A stretch of DNA of 64,000 nt from an uncultured Rickettsia sp. (GTDB lineage Bacteria > Pseudomonadota > Alphaproteobacteria > Rickettsiales > UBA1997): the NCBI GenBank assembly GCA_964505265.1, contig CAZDGN010000004.1, forward strand, positions 1,515-65,514, given 5' to 3'. Both the position numbers and the translations under genes were made by a program. Under the pieces are notes generated by a model. It saw nothing but the letters and a program-made list of their open reading frames with translations. It was not told where the DNA came from and did not search any database. Position 1 is the first letter of the stretch, and each line of letters starts with the position of its first letter. Below, one piece after another: positions 1-8,614 of the stretch.

Positions 1-1440
1 TCAGCAGATAAGGAAAATAGCCGTCTTGGAAGCCTTTTGCATTCAATTATGACAAAATCAAATGCTCATATTATTGCAATGACGGGTTCTTATTTTAGAG
101 GAGATGGGGTTGCGGTTTTGATGCCTGAAGATGAGGAAAAATTTACCAAAATAACTTATAATTATTACGAGCAATTAAATGGTTATGATTACCTTAAATC
201 ACTTGGAATTGGTTATCATTTTTATCAAGGAAAATATACTAGTGCAATTGCCGAAATTTTGGATACCGATAAAAAAACAATTCTTCATATTCCCAATGTC
301 AATGCCGGCGAATCGACAAAAGATAAATATCAAGAAGTTGATACTATTATCGATTTAATTGGCGAGGTTGAGAGGCAAGATGACAAAACTGGGATTCTTT
401 TTGTAAAAAGATTTTCGGATGGTAAAATTTTAAAAATTGCCAATTTAGTTGAAGAGGAAAATCGACAGGTGGTTATTGAATATCTTCGTAATATTAAAAA
501 AGAAGAAGATATTGATTTAATAATTGCTCTTGGCATGGCAAAAGAAGGCTTTGATTGGCCATATTGCGAACATGCTTTAACGGTTGGTTATCGCGGTTCT
601 TTAACAGAGGTAATTCAAATTATTGGTCGTTGCACTCGAGATAGTAAAAATAAAACTCATGCACAGTTTACAAATCTTATTGCTCAGCCCGATGCCAAAG
701 ATGAAGAAGTAACTTTTTCAGTTAATAATATGCTAAAAGCCATAACTTGTTCATTGCTTATGGAGCAAGTTTTGGCACCAAGTTTTAAATTTAAAACAAA
801 ATTAAATGATGATGATAAAAGTTTAGCGGGAGAAATTAAAATTAGAGGTTTCAAAGAGCCAAGTTCAAAGAGAGTTAGAGACATAATTGAATCCGATTTG
901 AATGATTTAAAGGCGACAATTTTACAAGATAATCAAATGTTAAAAGCTTTGCCTGGAAATGTTGATGCTGAAGTGATTAACAAAGTTATGATTCCAAAAA
1001 TTATCCAAATTAAATATCCAGATTTAAGCATTGAGGAGGTTGAAGAAGTTCGTCAATATGTAGTGGTTGATTCAGTTATAAAAAACTCAGAAATTAGGGT
1101 TGAAGGTAATAAAAAATTTATAATTGGATCCTCTGGATTTATTAATATCGATGATTTACATATTGATTTAATCGACAGAATTAATCCCTTTCAACAAGCT
1201 TTCGAAATTCTTTCAAAATCGGTTACAACCAGTGTTTTAAAGCTTATTCAACAAGCAATTGAGGCAAGTAGAATTCAAATGACAGATGAAGAAGCACTTA
1301 TTCTTTGGCCAAAAATTAAAAGTTTTGTTCAAAATAATAATGGCAATCAACCAAATATTAATTCGATTGATCCTTTGGAAAGGAGATTAGCTGAAGCTAT
1401 AATTTATCTCCATAATCAACGCAGAAAACAAGGGGTTTAA
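1..1440 (+). CDS. SF2 (DEAD/DEAH, ResIII-like) helicase, C-terminal part; the 5' end lies outside the window
   Basis: Frame 1 is open from base 1 (SADKENSRLG...), so the listed TTG start at 37 is probably internal. The helicase C-terminal domain has LIIALGMAKEGFDWP and the motif VI-like QIIGRCTRD. The TAA stop lies 2 nt before the next ORF. Confidence 0.7.
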   Translation, partial: SADKENSRLGSLLHSIMTKSNAHIIAMTGSYFRGDGVAVLMPEDEEKFTKITYNYYEQLNGYDYLKSLGIGYHFYQGKYTSAIAEILDTDKKTILHIPNVNAGESTKDKYQEVDTIIDLIGEVERQDDKTGILFVKRFSDGKILKIANLVEEENRQVVIEYLRNIKKEEDIDLIIALGMAKEGFDWPYCEHALTVGYRGSLTEVIQIIGRCTRDSKNKTHAQFTNLIAQPDAKDEEVTFSVNNMLKAITCSLLMEQVLAPSFKFKTKLNDDDKSLAGEIKIRGFKEPSSKRVRDIIESDLNDLKATILQDNQMLKALPGNVDAEVINKVMIPKIIQIKYPDLSIEEVEEVRQYVVVDSVIKNSEIRVEGNKKFIIGSSGFINIDDLHIDLIDRINPFQQAFEILSKSVTTSVLKLIQQAIEASRIQMTDEEALILWPKIKSFVQNNNGNQPNINSIDPLERRLAEAIIYLHNQRRKQGV

Positions 1441-1442
1441 GT

Positions 1443-2603
1443 ATGGATAAAAAAGATTTACTCAAATTAATTGAAGATGACAATTTAGGTATTTTAAATA
1501 TTAAACCTAAGCAAGCTGGAGCTACAACTGATGAGCGTCTTTTATCTTCATTCCAAGAGATTAATAATTTTATAAAAATAAATGGTCGAAAGCCAATGGC
1601 TGGTGGTGATCTTTATGAAAATCAACTTAATTATCGTTTAAATTCAATTTGCGAAGATAATCAAAAAGTCCGAGCACTTTCTAATTTCGATGAATTTAAT
1701 TTATTACCAAAAGAAGTAAAAGAAATTAAAACCATCGATGATATTTTTGAAAATGATGATTTAGGAATTTTTGAAAGCGATAAAAATGATATTTTTAATT
1801 TAAAAAATATTCCAAAAGAAATTGTGATGCCGGACTATATCGCCAATAGAAAACCTTGCAAAAACTTCAAAGAATTTGAGCAAAAATTTATTCAGTGCCA
1901 AGCGGATTTAAAATCAAAAAAACGCAAACTTTGGCCTTTTAGAAAAGAGCAAAATATAGAAAAAGGATCATTTTTTGTTTTGAAGGGTATGTTAGTTTAT
2001 GTAGAAAATGTTGGTGAATTTAAAATAGTTAATGGAAAAAGAAATGCTCGTCTTAGATGTATTTTTGAGAATGGAACTGAATCTGATCTTCTCTTGAGAT
2101 CATTAGCTACAGAGCTCTATAGAGATGGTAAAAGAGTTACCCATCACGAAGATAATCTATTAGATAATTTTTATAACATTACAAAAGATGATCAAGAAAC
2201 TGGCTATATTTATGTTGTAAAATCATTAAGCGATAAGCAAGAAATAAAATCGATTAAGAATCTTTATAAAATTGGTTTTTCAAAAATTCCTGTTGAAGAG
2301 AGAATAAAAAATGCAGCTTTTGAGCCAACTTATTTGATGTCTCCAGTTATAATAGTAACGGCTTTTAGATGCTTTAATTTGAATCCACAAAAGCTTGAGC
2401 AATTATTGCATAACTTCTTTGGATCATCTTGTTTAAATGTCGATGTTTTTGACAATGAGGGAAGGCGTCATTTTCCTCGAGAATGGTTTATTGCTCCTTT
2501 AGAAATTATCGAACAGGCAATTCATTTTGTATTAAGTGGCGAGATTGTTCATTATCGATATGATATTGAAAAGGAAGAAATTTCAGGAAAATGTAATCAA
2601 TAA
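1443..2603 (+). CDS. T5orf172 (MUG113) / GIY-YIG-superfamily domain protein
   Basis: The C-terminal block GYIYVVKSL..LYKIGFS..VEERIKN..PREWFIAPL matches the T5orf172/GIY-YIG-like signature as I remember it. The N-terminal half is unassignable. The start is 2 nt after the helicase stop. Confidence 0.55.
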   Translation: MDKKDLLKLIEDDNLGILNIKPKQAGATTDERLLSSFQEINNFIKINGRKPMAGGDLYENQLNYRLNSICEDNQKVRALSNFDEFNLLPKEVKEIKTIDDIFENDDLGIFESDKNDIFNLKNIPKEIVMPDYIANRKPCKNFKEFEQKFIQCQADLKSKKRKLWPFRKEQNIEKGSFFVLKGMLVYVENVGEFKIVNGKRNARLRCIFENGTESDLLLRSLATELYRDGKRVTHHEDNLLDNFYNITKDDQETGYIYVVKSLSDKQEIKSIKNLYKIGFSKIPVEERIKNAAFEPTYLMSPVIIVTAFRCFNLNPQKLEQLLHNFFGSSCLNVDVFDNEGRRHFPREWFIAPLEIIEQAIHFVLSGEIVHYRYDIEKEEISGKCNQ

Positions 2604-2744
2604 TCTCTTAAATTTTTTAAATAAGCTTATATAAAAAATTAAGGCAAGTTGGATGGATTTTTATTTTAAATTTATATTTGGATTTTCTTTTTAAAACTCT
2701 TGATACCGCTTTTAGATAATTTTTCTCACCCCCCCCGAGACTCA

Positions 2745-2775
2745 AAGAATTTAACTACCGTTAAATTCTTTTTTT
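2745..2775 (+). terminator. Putative rho-independent terminator
   Basis: A perfect 10-bp stem, aagaatttaa (2745-2754) with ttaaattctt (2761-2770), encloses a 6-nt loop and runs into a T-tract ending at 2775. A second GC-rich hairpin, gctccccg-N8-cggggagc, follows at 2778-2801. Confidence 0.45.
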
Positions 2776-2954
2776 CCGCTCCCCGCGTAAAGTCGGGGAG
2801 CTTAGAACCGCTTGCATTGCGAGTATTTTAAAATAGTTTTTTCATTAAAATTTAAAACCAAATAATTTGATGGAGTAAATTTTTAATTAAAAAACTCAAT
2901 CTTAAAAAAAATATAAATTTAAAATATCAAAATTTTTTTGATAAATAACAACTC

Positions 2955-3027
2955 CCCCTCCCAAAATTTTCCTGCGGAAAATTTTACCCTCCCGCAAGGG
3001 GAGGGTGATAGCACCTCTTGTTTTGCC
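2955..3027 (+). repeat. Nested palindromic GC-rich repeat element, copy E1
   Basis: The sequence is ccctcccaaaattttcctgcggaaaattttaccctcccgcaaggggagggtgatagcacctcttgttttgcc. It holds the inverted repeats aaaattttcc/ggaaaatttt and accctccc/gggagggt. It aligns almost base for base with the reverse complement of 34376-34450 and 34842-34915. Confidence 0.8.
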
Positions 3028-3107
3028 AGCTTTTCTTTAAAGGGTGATAGCACCTCTTGTTTTGCCAGCTTTTCTTTAAAGGGTGATAGCACCGCTTGTT
3101 TTGCCAG
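3003..3107. repeat. 39-bp tandem repeat, about 2.7 copies, built from the 3' module of element E1
   Basis: The unit gggtgatagcacctcttgttttgccagcttttctttaaa occupies 3003-3041 and 3042-3080, with a partial third copy at 3081-3107 carrying a t-to-g change (caccGcttg). Confidence 0.9.
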
Positions 3108-3444
3108 AGGAAAATTTTACCTTTTGAAGTTAAGGGAAGTTTGATTTTGCTTCTTGTGTTATGTCTTAATGAAAAAAATAATATAATATGTTTTTAATAG
3201 TAAGAAAAAAAATAAGCTCATACCCTATTTTTTTAAACAATCTATTTGACAATACAACTTATGAAGTATTTAATAATCAATAATAGTGCCCGCCAATGCT
3301 TCTTGGTAAAACTAGCACACCAAGGCGGGACAATCACCTACAAGATTTCCGATGACAAAATTTCTTAAGCCATCCCTAACAATAGAAAATCAACTAAATT
3401 TGGGTAAAAAAGAGGAATACACCCCCTCCTAAAATCTGTATTTC

Positions 3445-4605
3445 TTACAAATGAAACTCGTCTTCTTCGTTTTTTTGGTAAATATCGTTAATTACATTGT
3501 TTATGCGAAAGATAGCATTAAATTCGGTAATAATTTTTTTGCTTTCTTCCACCAAATTAAGTTGTTTGGAAATAATTGATGGCATAAAAATCGACTCATT
3601 TCTTTCAATATAAATTAGCATTGAATTTTTTTGAAAAGAGGCGGTAATGGTTTTGATATTCTTATTGCCAATTGATTTTTGATTGATTTTAAAATTTTCA
3701 AGTAAAAGGCTAAAGGCATTAATAAATTCAATCGAAAATAATTCGTTAAATTCAACGCCACAATTTGAAAAAACGATGAAATTTTTATTAAAATCTTCAT
3801 TGTTAATTTCGATTTTTTCCAGATTTTCTGGGTCAGGATTTTCTGGAAATTTAGCCTGTCTAATAATGGTTTTGGCATTAAAATCTTGATTAAAATCGAC
3901 TAAAAAGGCAATGCCTTCGCTGATTTTGTTAATTCTTTCTTTGTTAATAAACTCTGCAATATTTTTTTTATGCATCAAGGCAAGATCGCCTCGGTTAAAG
4001 CGTGGATTTCTTTTGGAAATAATAACCTTATTTCGCAAAATAATTTTTTGAATAGCGAGATGAGAATTATCCTTTTTGGCGGTAATTAAATCTTGGCAAT
4101 CGCAAAGTTGAGTTTCAAAATCAGGCAAAATGTTGAATTCTTGATATCTTTTAAATAGGTTGGTGCCATTTTCGTTATATAAAAAATTCTCGCCAAAAAA
4201 TTTGAAAAAAAATTGTAAAAAATTCTTTTTGTAATTGTTTTGAAATCCTTGATTTAAGTGATTCGCAATAAAAATTATAATTAGCGACAACAAAATTGCA
4301 AAAAACCAGAAATTATTCGGAGTTTTTTTTAAATAAACTTGTTGATAAAAAACCAATATGCCAAAAGCAATAATTGAATATGTGAAAAATTTTAGAGTTT
4401 TTAAATTATAAAGACGAAAATTTTCAATTGGCGAAATATGGGTTTTCAAATATAAATTATAGTAATCACGAAAGGCGATTTCATATATTTCTTTGGCGAT
4501 AAAATTGTCGATGGAAAATTTTGATTTTAACGAACTAAATATTGCTAATATGGCGGTTTCGCAGGCACTCTTTAAATTAAAATTTACAATTTTTTTTATT
4601 TTCAT
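3445..4605 (-). CDS. Hypothetical membrane protein
   Basis: The long ORF has two clear hydrophobic helices (FFTYSIIAFGILVFY, FWFFAILLSLIIIFIA) followed by a soluble domain of about 250 aa. The ATG at 4605-4603 overlaps the ileS TGA stop (4604-4602) as ATGA. The listed start at 4647 is further upstream inside ileS. Confidence 0.5.
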   Translation of the reverse strand: MKIKKIVNFNLKSACETAILAIFSSLKSKFSIDNFIAKEIYEIAFRDYYNLYLKTHISPIENFRLYNLKTLKFFTYSIIAFGILVFYQQVYLKKTPNNFWFFAILLSLIIIFIANHLNQGFQNNYKKNFLQFFFKFFGENFLYNENGTNLFKRYQEFNILPDFETQLCDCQDLITAKKDNSHLAIQKIILRNKVIISKRNPRFNRGDLALMHKKNIAEFINKERINKISEGIAFLVDFNQDFNAKTIIRQAKFPENPDPENLEKIEINNEDFNKNFIVFSNCGVEFNELFSIEFINAFSLLLENFKINQKSIGNKNIKTITASFQKNSMLIYIERNESIFMPSIISKQLNLVEESKKIITEFNAIFRINNVINDIYQKNEEDEFHL

Positions 4606-7211
4606 GTTGCTGAAGTTTGATTTAAACCCCTCCAAACATATTCGCAAGTAAATGGCAATAACGAGGCGCAGGACTCACACATAATATTTAGCACCGTAAA
4701 TAAAACATTGTAGGCATCTTGCTTGTCTTGGTCAATTTCGCTTTTCCAAAAGCGTTGACGATTTCTACGAATATACCAATTATTTAACACCTCAAAAAAT
4801 TTATTGAACTCTTCGCAGGCAATAACGGTATCGAATTTATCCATCGATTTTTCAATATTATTTACACAATTTTTTAATTTTGCCAAAATATAATTATCCA
4901 AAATATTCGAAAATTCTTGATTATAATTTATTCTTTGTGCTTTGATTCCATCGGCATTGGCATAAAGGCAAAAGAAGTTATAAGCATTGATTAGAGGCTT
5001 TATTGACAATCGAAGTGTGTCACGAATGGCTTTGCCGTCTTTATCAATCCGCAATTCTTGACCTCGCATAACGGGTTGCGAGATCATGAAAAAGCGCATA
5101 GCATCGGAGCCAATCGTTGAAAATATTTCTAAAGGGTCGGCGTAATTTCTGAGGCGTTTTGATAATTTTTGCGAATTTTCATCAAGAATGGTGCCGTGGC
5201 AAATTACATTTTTAAATGGAATTCGGTTGAATAAAGCGGTTGATAAAACCATCATAGTATAAAACCAGCCTCGAGTTTGAGCCTGATATTCAGTAATGAA
5301 ATCTGCTGGAAAATTATTTTCAAACCATTGCTTATTTTCAAAAGGATAATGAACTTGAGCAAATGGCATTGACCCACTCTCGAACCAACAATCAAGAACA
5401 TCGGAAACTCTTTCAAAAATTTCACCATTTTCTTCGAAAGTAATTTCATCGATGAAGGGGCGGTGCAAATTATCGATTTTTTTGCCTGAAACTTTTTCAA
5501 TTTCAGCAATTGAGCCAAAGACGCGAATTTTTCCAGATTTGCTTTTCCACACGGGAACGGGGCAACCCCAAAAGCGATTGCGAGTGATTGACCAATCTCT
5601 GGCACCTTCAAGCCATTTGCCGAATTGTCCGTCTTTAACATTTTCTGGAATCCAGTTAATTTGCTGGTTTAACTCCACCATTTTATCTTTAAAGGCAGTG
5701 ACTTTGACATACCAAGAGCTTACCGCCTTGTAAATTAGCGGAGTATCGGTGCGCCAGCAATGCGGATAATTGTGAAGAATTTGTTCGGGATTGCCGAAGA
5801 GAATTTTATTTTCCTTAAGGTATTTTATGATGTCGTCGTTGGTATCAAAGACTTGGCGACCTTGAAGATTTGGTAAATTCAGGATTTGATAATCTTTGGT
5901 GAAAATTTCAAATAGAGTTTTATTGATGACTAAGCTATTGAATTTGCCCGCTTCATCGACTGGGCAAATAGTTGGAATATGATTAGCCTTAGAAATAATT
6001 TGGTCATCTTCGCCGAACCCAGGAGCGATATGAACAATTCCAGTTCCCTCTTCGGTTGAAACAAAATCACCTGCCAAAATCGTGAAAATATTTGGATTTG
6101 GATTAATTTCTGATACATTGCCAGGTTTTGATGTTGAATATATTCCACCACTTTTTAAAAACTCAAAATATGGAAAAATCGGCTGATAGCTTAACCCAAC
6201 CAACTCACTACCCATAATGCTTCCAATCGCTTCATATTCACCTAAATCCTTGGCAAATTTTTCAATTAAATTTTTGGCTAAAATTAAAATTTCATCATTT
6301 TTTTTGATTAAAGCATATTCAATTTTTGCACCTACTGCTAAAGCTAGATTCGAAGGCAAAGTCCAAGGTGTAGTGGTCCATGCGATTAATGCCACTTTGG
6401 AGAAATCTTGATTAAAGTCAGTTAAAAATTTTGGAATTTCATTAAGGTAAAATTTGGCTTTAACAGTTTTGCTAGCCTTTTGCCTGTAAGCATTATCCAT
6501 TCTGGTTTCAAAATTTGAAAGTGGAGTTTGGCACGCCCAAGAATAAGGAACGACGCGAAAATCTTCGTAAAGTAAGCCTTTGTTGTAAAGCTCTTTAAAA
6601 GCCCACAAAACCGATTCCATATAGCTTAAATCCATAGTTTTGTAGCTATTTTTAAAATCAACAAAACGACCTTGGCGGGTCACATAATGCTCCCATTCGC
6701 TTGCATATTTCATCACCGATTTTTCGCAGGCTTGATTGAATTTTTCAATACCAAATTCTTTGATGGCAATTTGTCCTGAAATATTTTTTTGATATTCTTT
6801 GCTAAGTTCTTTTTCGGTTTCCATTTCCACTGGCAAGCCGTGAGTATCCCAGCCGAACCTGCGTTCAACTTTTTTGCCTTTCATAGTTTGATAGCGGGCA
6901 AACAAATCCTTGATGAAGCCTGTAAGAAGGTGGCCATAATGCGGAAGGCCGTTGGCAAAGGGTGGTCCATCATAAAACACAAATTCGTTTTTTTCATCAT
7001 GGTGATGCCTACAATTGCTATGCTCCTTTAAAGCACAGCTATCAATGACGGGCGAGGTATTGTCTTCGTCGAGTTCTTCGTTAAAATTACGAATTGCGAT
7101 GGATTTTTCGAAGATTTTTTGCTCTTGCCAAAATTTTAGTATTTCCTCTTCCATTTTAGCAAAATCAAGATTTTGATTAGCTTGTGGATAAAATTTATTT
7201 TTATTCATCAT
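4602..7211 (-). CDS. ileS: Isoleucyl-tRNA synthetase, eukaryote-like type 2, C-terminally short
   Basis: It carries FYDGPPFANGLPHYGH (HIGH region), the editing-domain block WTTTPWTLPSN, and KLSKRLRN (KMSKS) at aa 682-686. The protein ends only 183 aa after KMSKS. Confidence 0.9.
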   Translation of the reverse strand: MMNKNKFYPQANQNLDFAKMEEEILKFWQEQKIFEKSIAIRNFNEELDEDNTSPVIDSCALKEHSNCRHHHDEKNEFVFYDGPPFANGLPHYGHLLTGFIKDLFARYQTMKGKKVERRFGWDTHGLPVEMETEKELSKEYQKNISGQIAIKEFGIEKFNQACEKSVMKYASEWEHYVTRQGRFVDFKNSYKTMDLSYMESVLWAFKELYNKGLLYEDFRVVPYSWACQTPLSNFETRMDNAYRQKASKTVKAKFYLNEIPKFLTDFNQDFSKVALIAWTTTPWTLPSNLALAVGAKIEYALIKKNDEILILAKNLIEKFAKDLGEYEAIGSIMGSELVGLSYQPIFPYFEFLKSGGIYSTSKPGNVSEINPNPNIFTILAGDFVSTEEGTGIVHIAPGFGEDDQIISKANHIPTICPVDEAGKFNSLVINKTLFEIFTKDYQILNLPNLQGRQVFDTNDDIIKYLKENKILFGNPEQILHNYPHCWRTDTPLIYKAVSSWYVKVTAFKDKMVELNQQINWIPENVKDGQFGKWLEGARDWSITRNRFWGCPVPVWKSKSGKIRVFGSIAEIEKVSGKKIDNLHRPFIDEITFEENGEIFERVSDVLDCWFESGSMPFAQVHYPFENKQWFENNFPADFITEYQAQTRGWFYTMMVLSTALFNRIPFKNVICHGTILDENSQKLSKRLRNYADPLEIFSTIGSDAMRFFMISQPVMRGQELRIDKDGKAIRDTLRLSIKPLINAYNFFCLYANADGIKAQRINYNQEFSNILDNYILAKLKNCVNNIEKSMDKFDTVIACEEFNKFFEVLNNWYIRRNRQRFWKSEIDQDKQDAYNVLFTVLNIMCESCASLLPFTCEYVWRGLNQTSAT

Positions 7212-7322
7212 TGATTGAAAAATATTTAAAAAAAAGATTTTAATTTATGAAATTTTCATTATAATCTCATTTTACCAACAAGTTATAAAAATACATTTGT
7301 TTTTTTAAAAATTTTTTAAATT

Positions 7323-8612
7323 ATGAAAAAAGTCAATATCGCCATAGCTGGGCTTGGCACTGTCGGCACTGGAGTCTACAAAATTATCCAAGATAATAAA
7401 GATTTGTTTGCTTTGCGATCAAATTTAATTGTCGAAATTGTTGCGGTGAGCTCAAGAAGTAAAAAAGATTATCTAGATCCAAAAATTCGCTTTTATGAAA
7501 ATCCTTTGCAACTTGCCCAAGATCCAAAGGTCGATATTGTAGTTGAGTTAATTGGTGGTTGCGACATTGCCAAGGATTTAATTCATAGTGCTTTAAAAAA
7601 TAATAAAAAAGTTGTCACCGCCAATAAGGCTTTACTTGCCCTACATAGCGCTGAAATTCAATCATGGGTCGATAAATATCAAGGTTATATTGCTTATGAA
7701 TCGGCTGTAGCTGGAGCTAATCCAGTAATTAAAGCGGTTCGCGAAAGTTTTGTAGCCAATGAAATTTCCGAAATTTATGGAATTTTAAATGGCACTTGTA
7801 ATTTCATTTTAACTAAAATGAAAAACGAAAAGCAAGATTATAAAATTGCACTTGATGAAGCACAAAAACTTGGCTATGCTGAAGCCGACCCAACTTTCGA
7901 TATTAAAGGCAATGACAGCGCCCACAAAATTGTTTTACTCTCTGCACTTGCTCAATCATCGCTTCCAGACTACGAAAATAGCTATGTTGAAGGCATTGAC
8001 CAAATTTCTATTCAAGACATAAATTTGGCCGAAGAATTCGGTTATAAAATTAAATTACTTGGTATTTTTAAAAAATTAGGCGATAAGGTTCAGCAAACCG
8101 TTTATCCTGCCTTGATTAAAGCCAATGAAAAAATCGCCCAAGTTGATGGTTCATATAATGCGGTTTTAACTAAGGGCTCAAATTTTGAATATAATCTAAT
8201 GATTGGTCGAGGAGCTGGTGGCTTACCAACTGGTTCGGCGGTGGTTGCCGATATTATTGATATTGCTTGTGAACGAAATCAAAATTTTTTATTTAATGCT
8301 GATTCGATTAATTTAAAAAAACCACAAATCATTAAAATCAATGAAAGAGTAGGGCAATATTTTATTACTTTTTCTTTTGACAAAAATTCAATTTCTAAAA
8401 ATAATATTTTGGATGAGGTTTTTGCCAACCGCTTAAAAATTGACAAAGTTATTTATCAAATTGACGAAAAATTCCCTGAGCAAAATATGGTAATTGTAGC
8501 AATCATCACAGGTTCACATCAAGAAAAGCACCTAATTGATGCACTAGAAATGATTAATAAAAATCATATTAAAAACATAAAATTTATTCGCATTGAACAA
8601 ACCAATTTTTAA
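7323..8612 (+). CDS. hom: Homoserine dehydrogenase
   Basis: The N-terminus has the Rossmann motif IAGLGTVGTGV. The central catalytic region has YEAAVAG-like (YESAVAGANPVI) and NGTCNFILTKM motifs. There is a C-terminal ACT-like tail. Confidence 0.85.
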   Translation: MKKVNIAIAGLGTVGTGVYKIIQDNKDLFALRSNLIVEIVAVSSRSKKDYLDPKIRFYENPLQLAQDPKVDIVVELIGGCDIAKDLIHSALKNNKKVVTANKALLALHSAEIQSWVDKYQGYIAYESAVAGANPVIKAVRESFVANEISEIYGILNGTCNFILTKMKNEKQDYKIALDEAQKLGYAEADPTFDIKGNDSAHKIVLLSALAQSSLPDYENSYVEGIDQISIQDINLAEEFGYKIKLLGIFKKLGDKVQQTVYPALIKANEKIAQVDGSYNAVLTKGSNFEYNLMIGRGAGGLPTGSAVVADIIDIACERNQNFLFNADSINLKKPQIIKINERVGQYFITFSFDKNSISKNNILDEVFANRLKIDKVIYQIDEKFPEQNMVIVAIITGSHQEKHLIDALEMINKNHIKNIKFIRIEQTNF

Positions 8613-8614
8613 AT

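Noticed and set aside
3003-3107. Possible CRISPR array, given regular 39-bp repeats
   Set aside because: The units are directly adjacent with no spacers, there are fewer than three copies, and there are no cas genes. This is a tandem duplication of a dispersed element.
2938-3144. Listed 68-aa ORF (..GDSTSCFASFSLKGDSTSCFASFSLKGDSTACFA..)
   Set aside because: The internally repeated peptide is simply the translation of the 39-bp tandem repeat and palindromic element. It has a TTG start and no coding signal otherwise.
3281-3340. GC-rich long hairpin (cccgcc..cttgg..ccaag..ggcggg) considered as an SRP/4.5S RNA, tmRNA piece or riboswitch
   Set aside because: Neither strand shows a GNRA-capped helix-8-like motif with an AGCA/GGAA core, a tRNA-like end, or known riboswitch cores. 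It could be a distant terminator for the ileS operon or another repeat. It is unassigned.
5252-6411. Several 64-129-aa ORFs inside or antisense to ileS. The same applies to antisense ORFs in the photolyase (18043-18843), recG (30752-31153), glyS (9735-10043), SulP (39022-39258) and proB (35057-35518).
   Set aside because: All overlap strongly supported conserved genes in other frames. They have low-complexity or hydrophobic junk composition typical of shadow ORFs.
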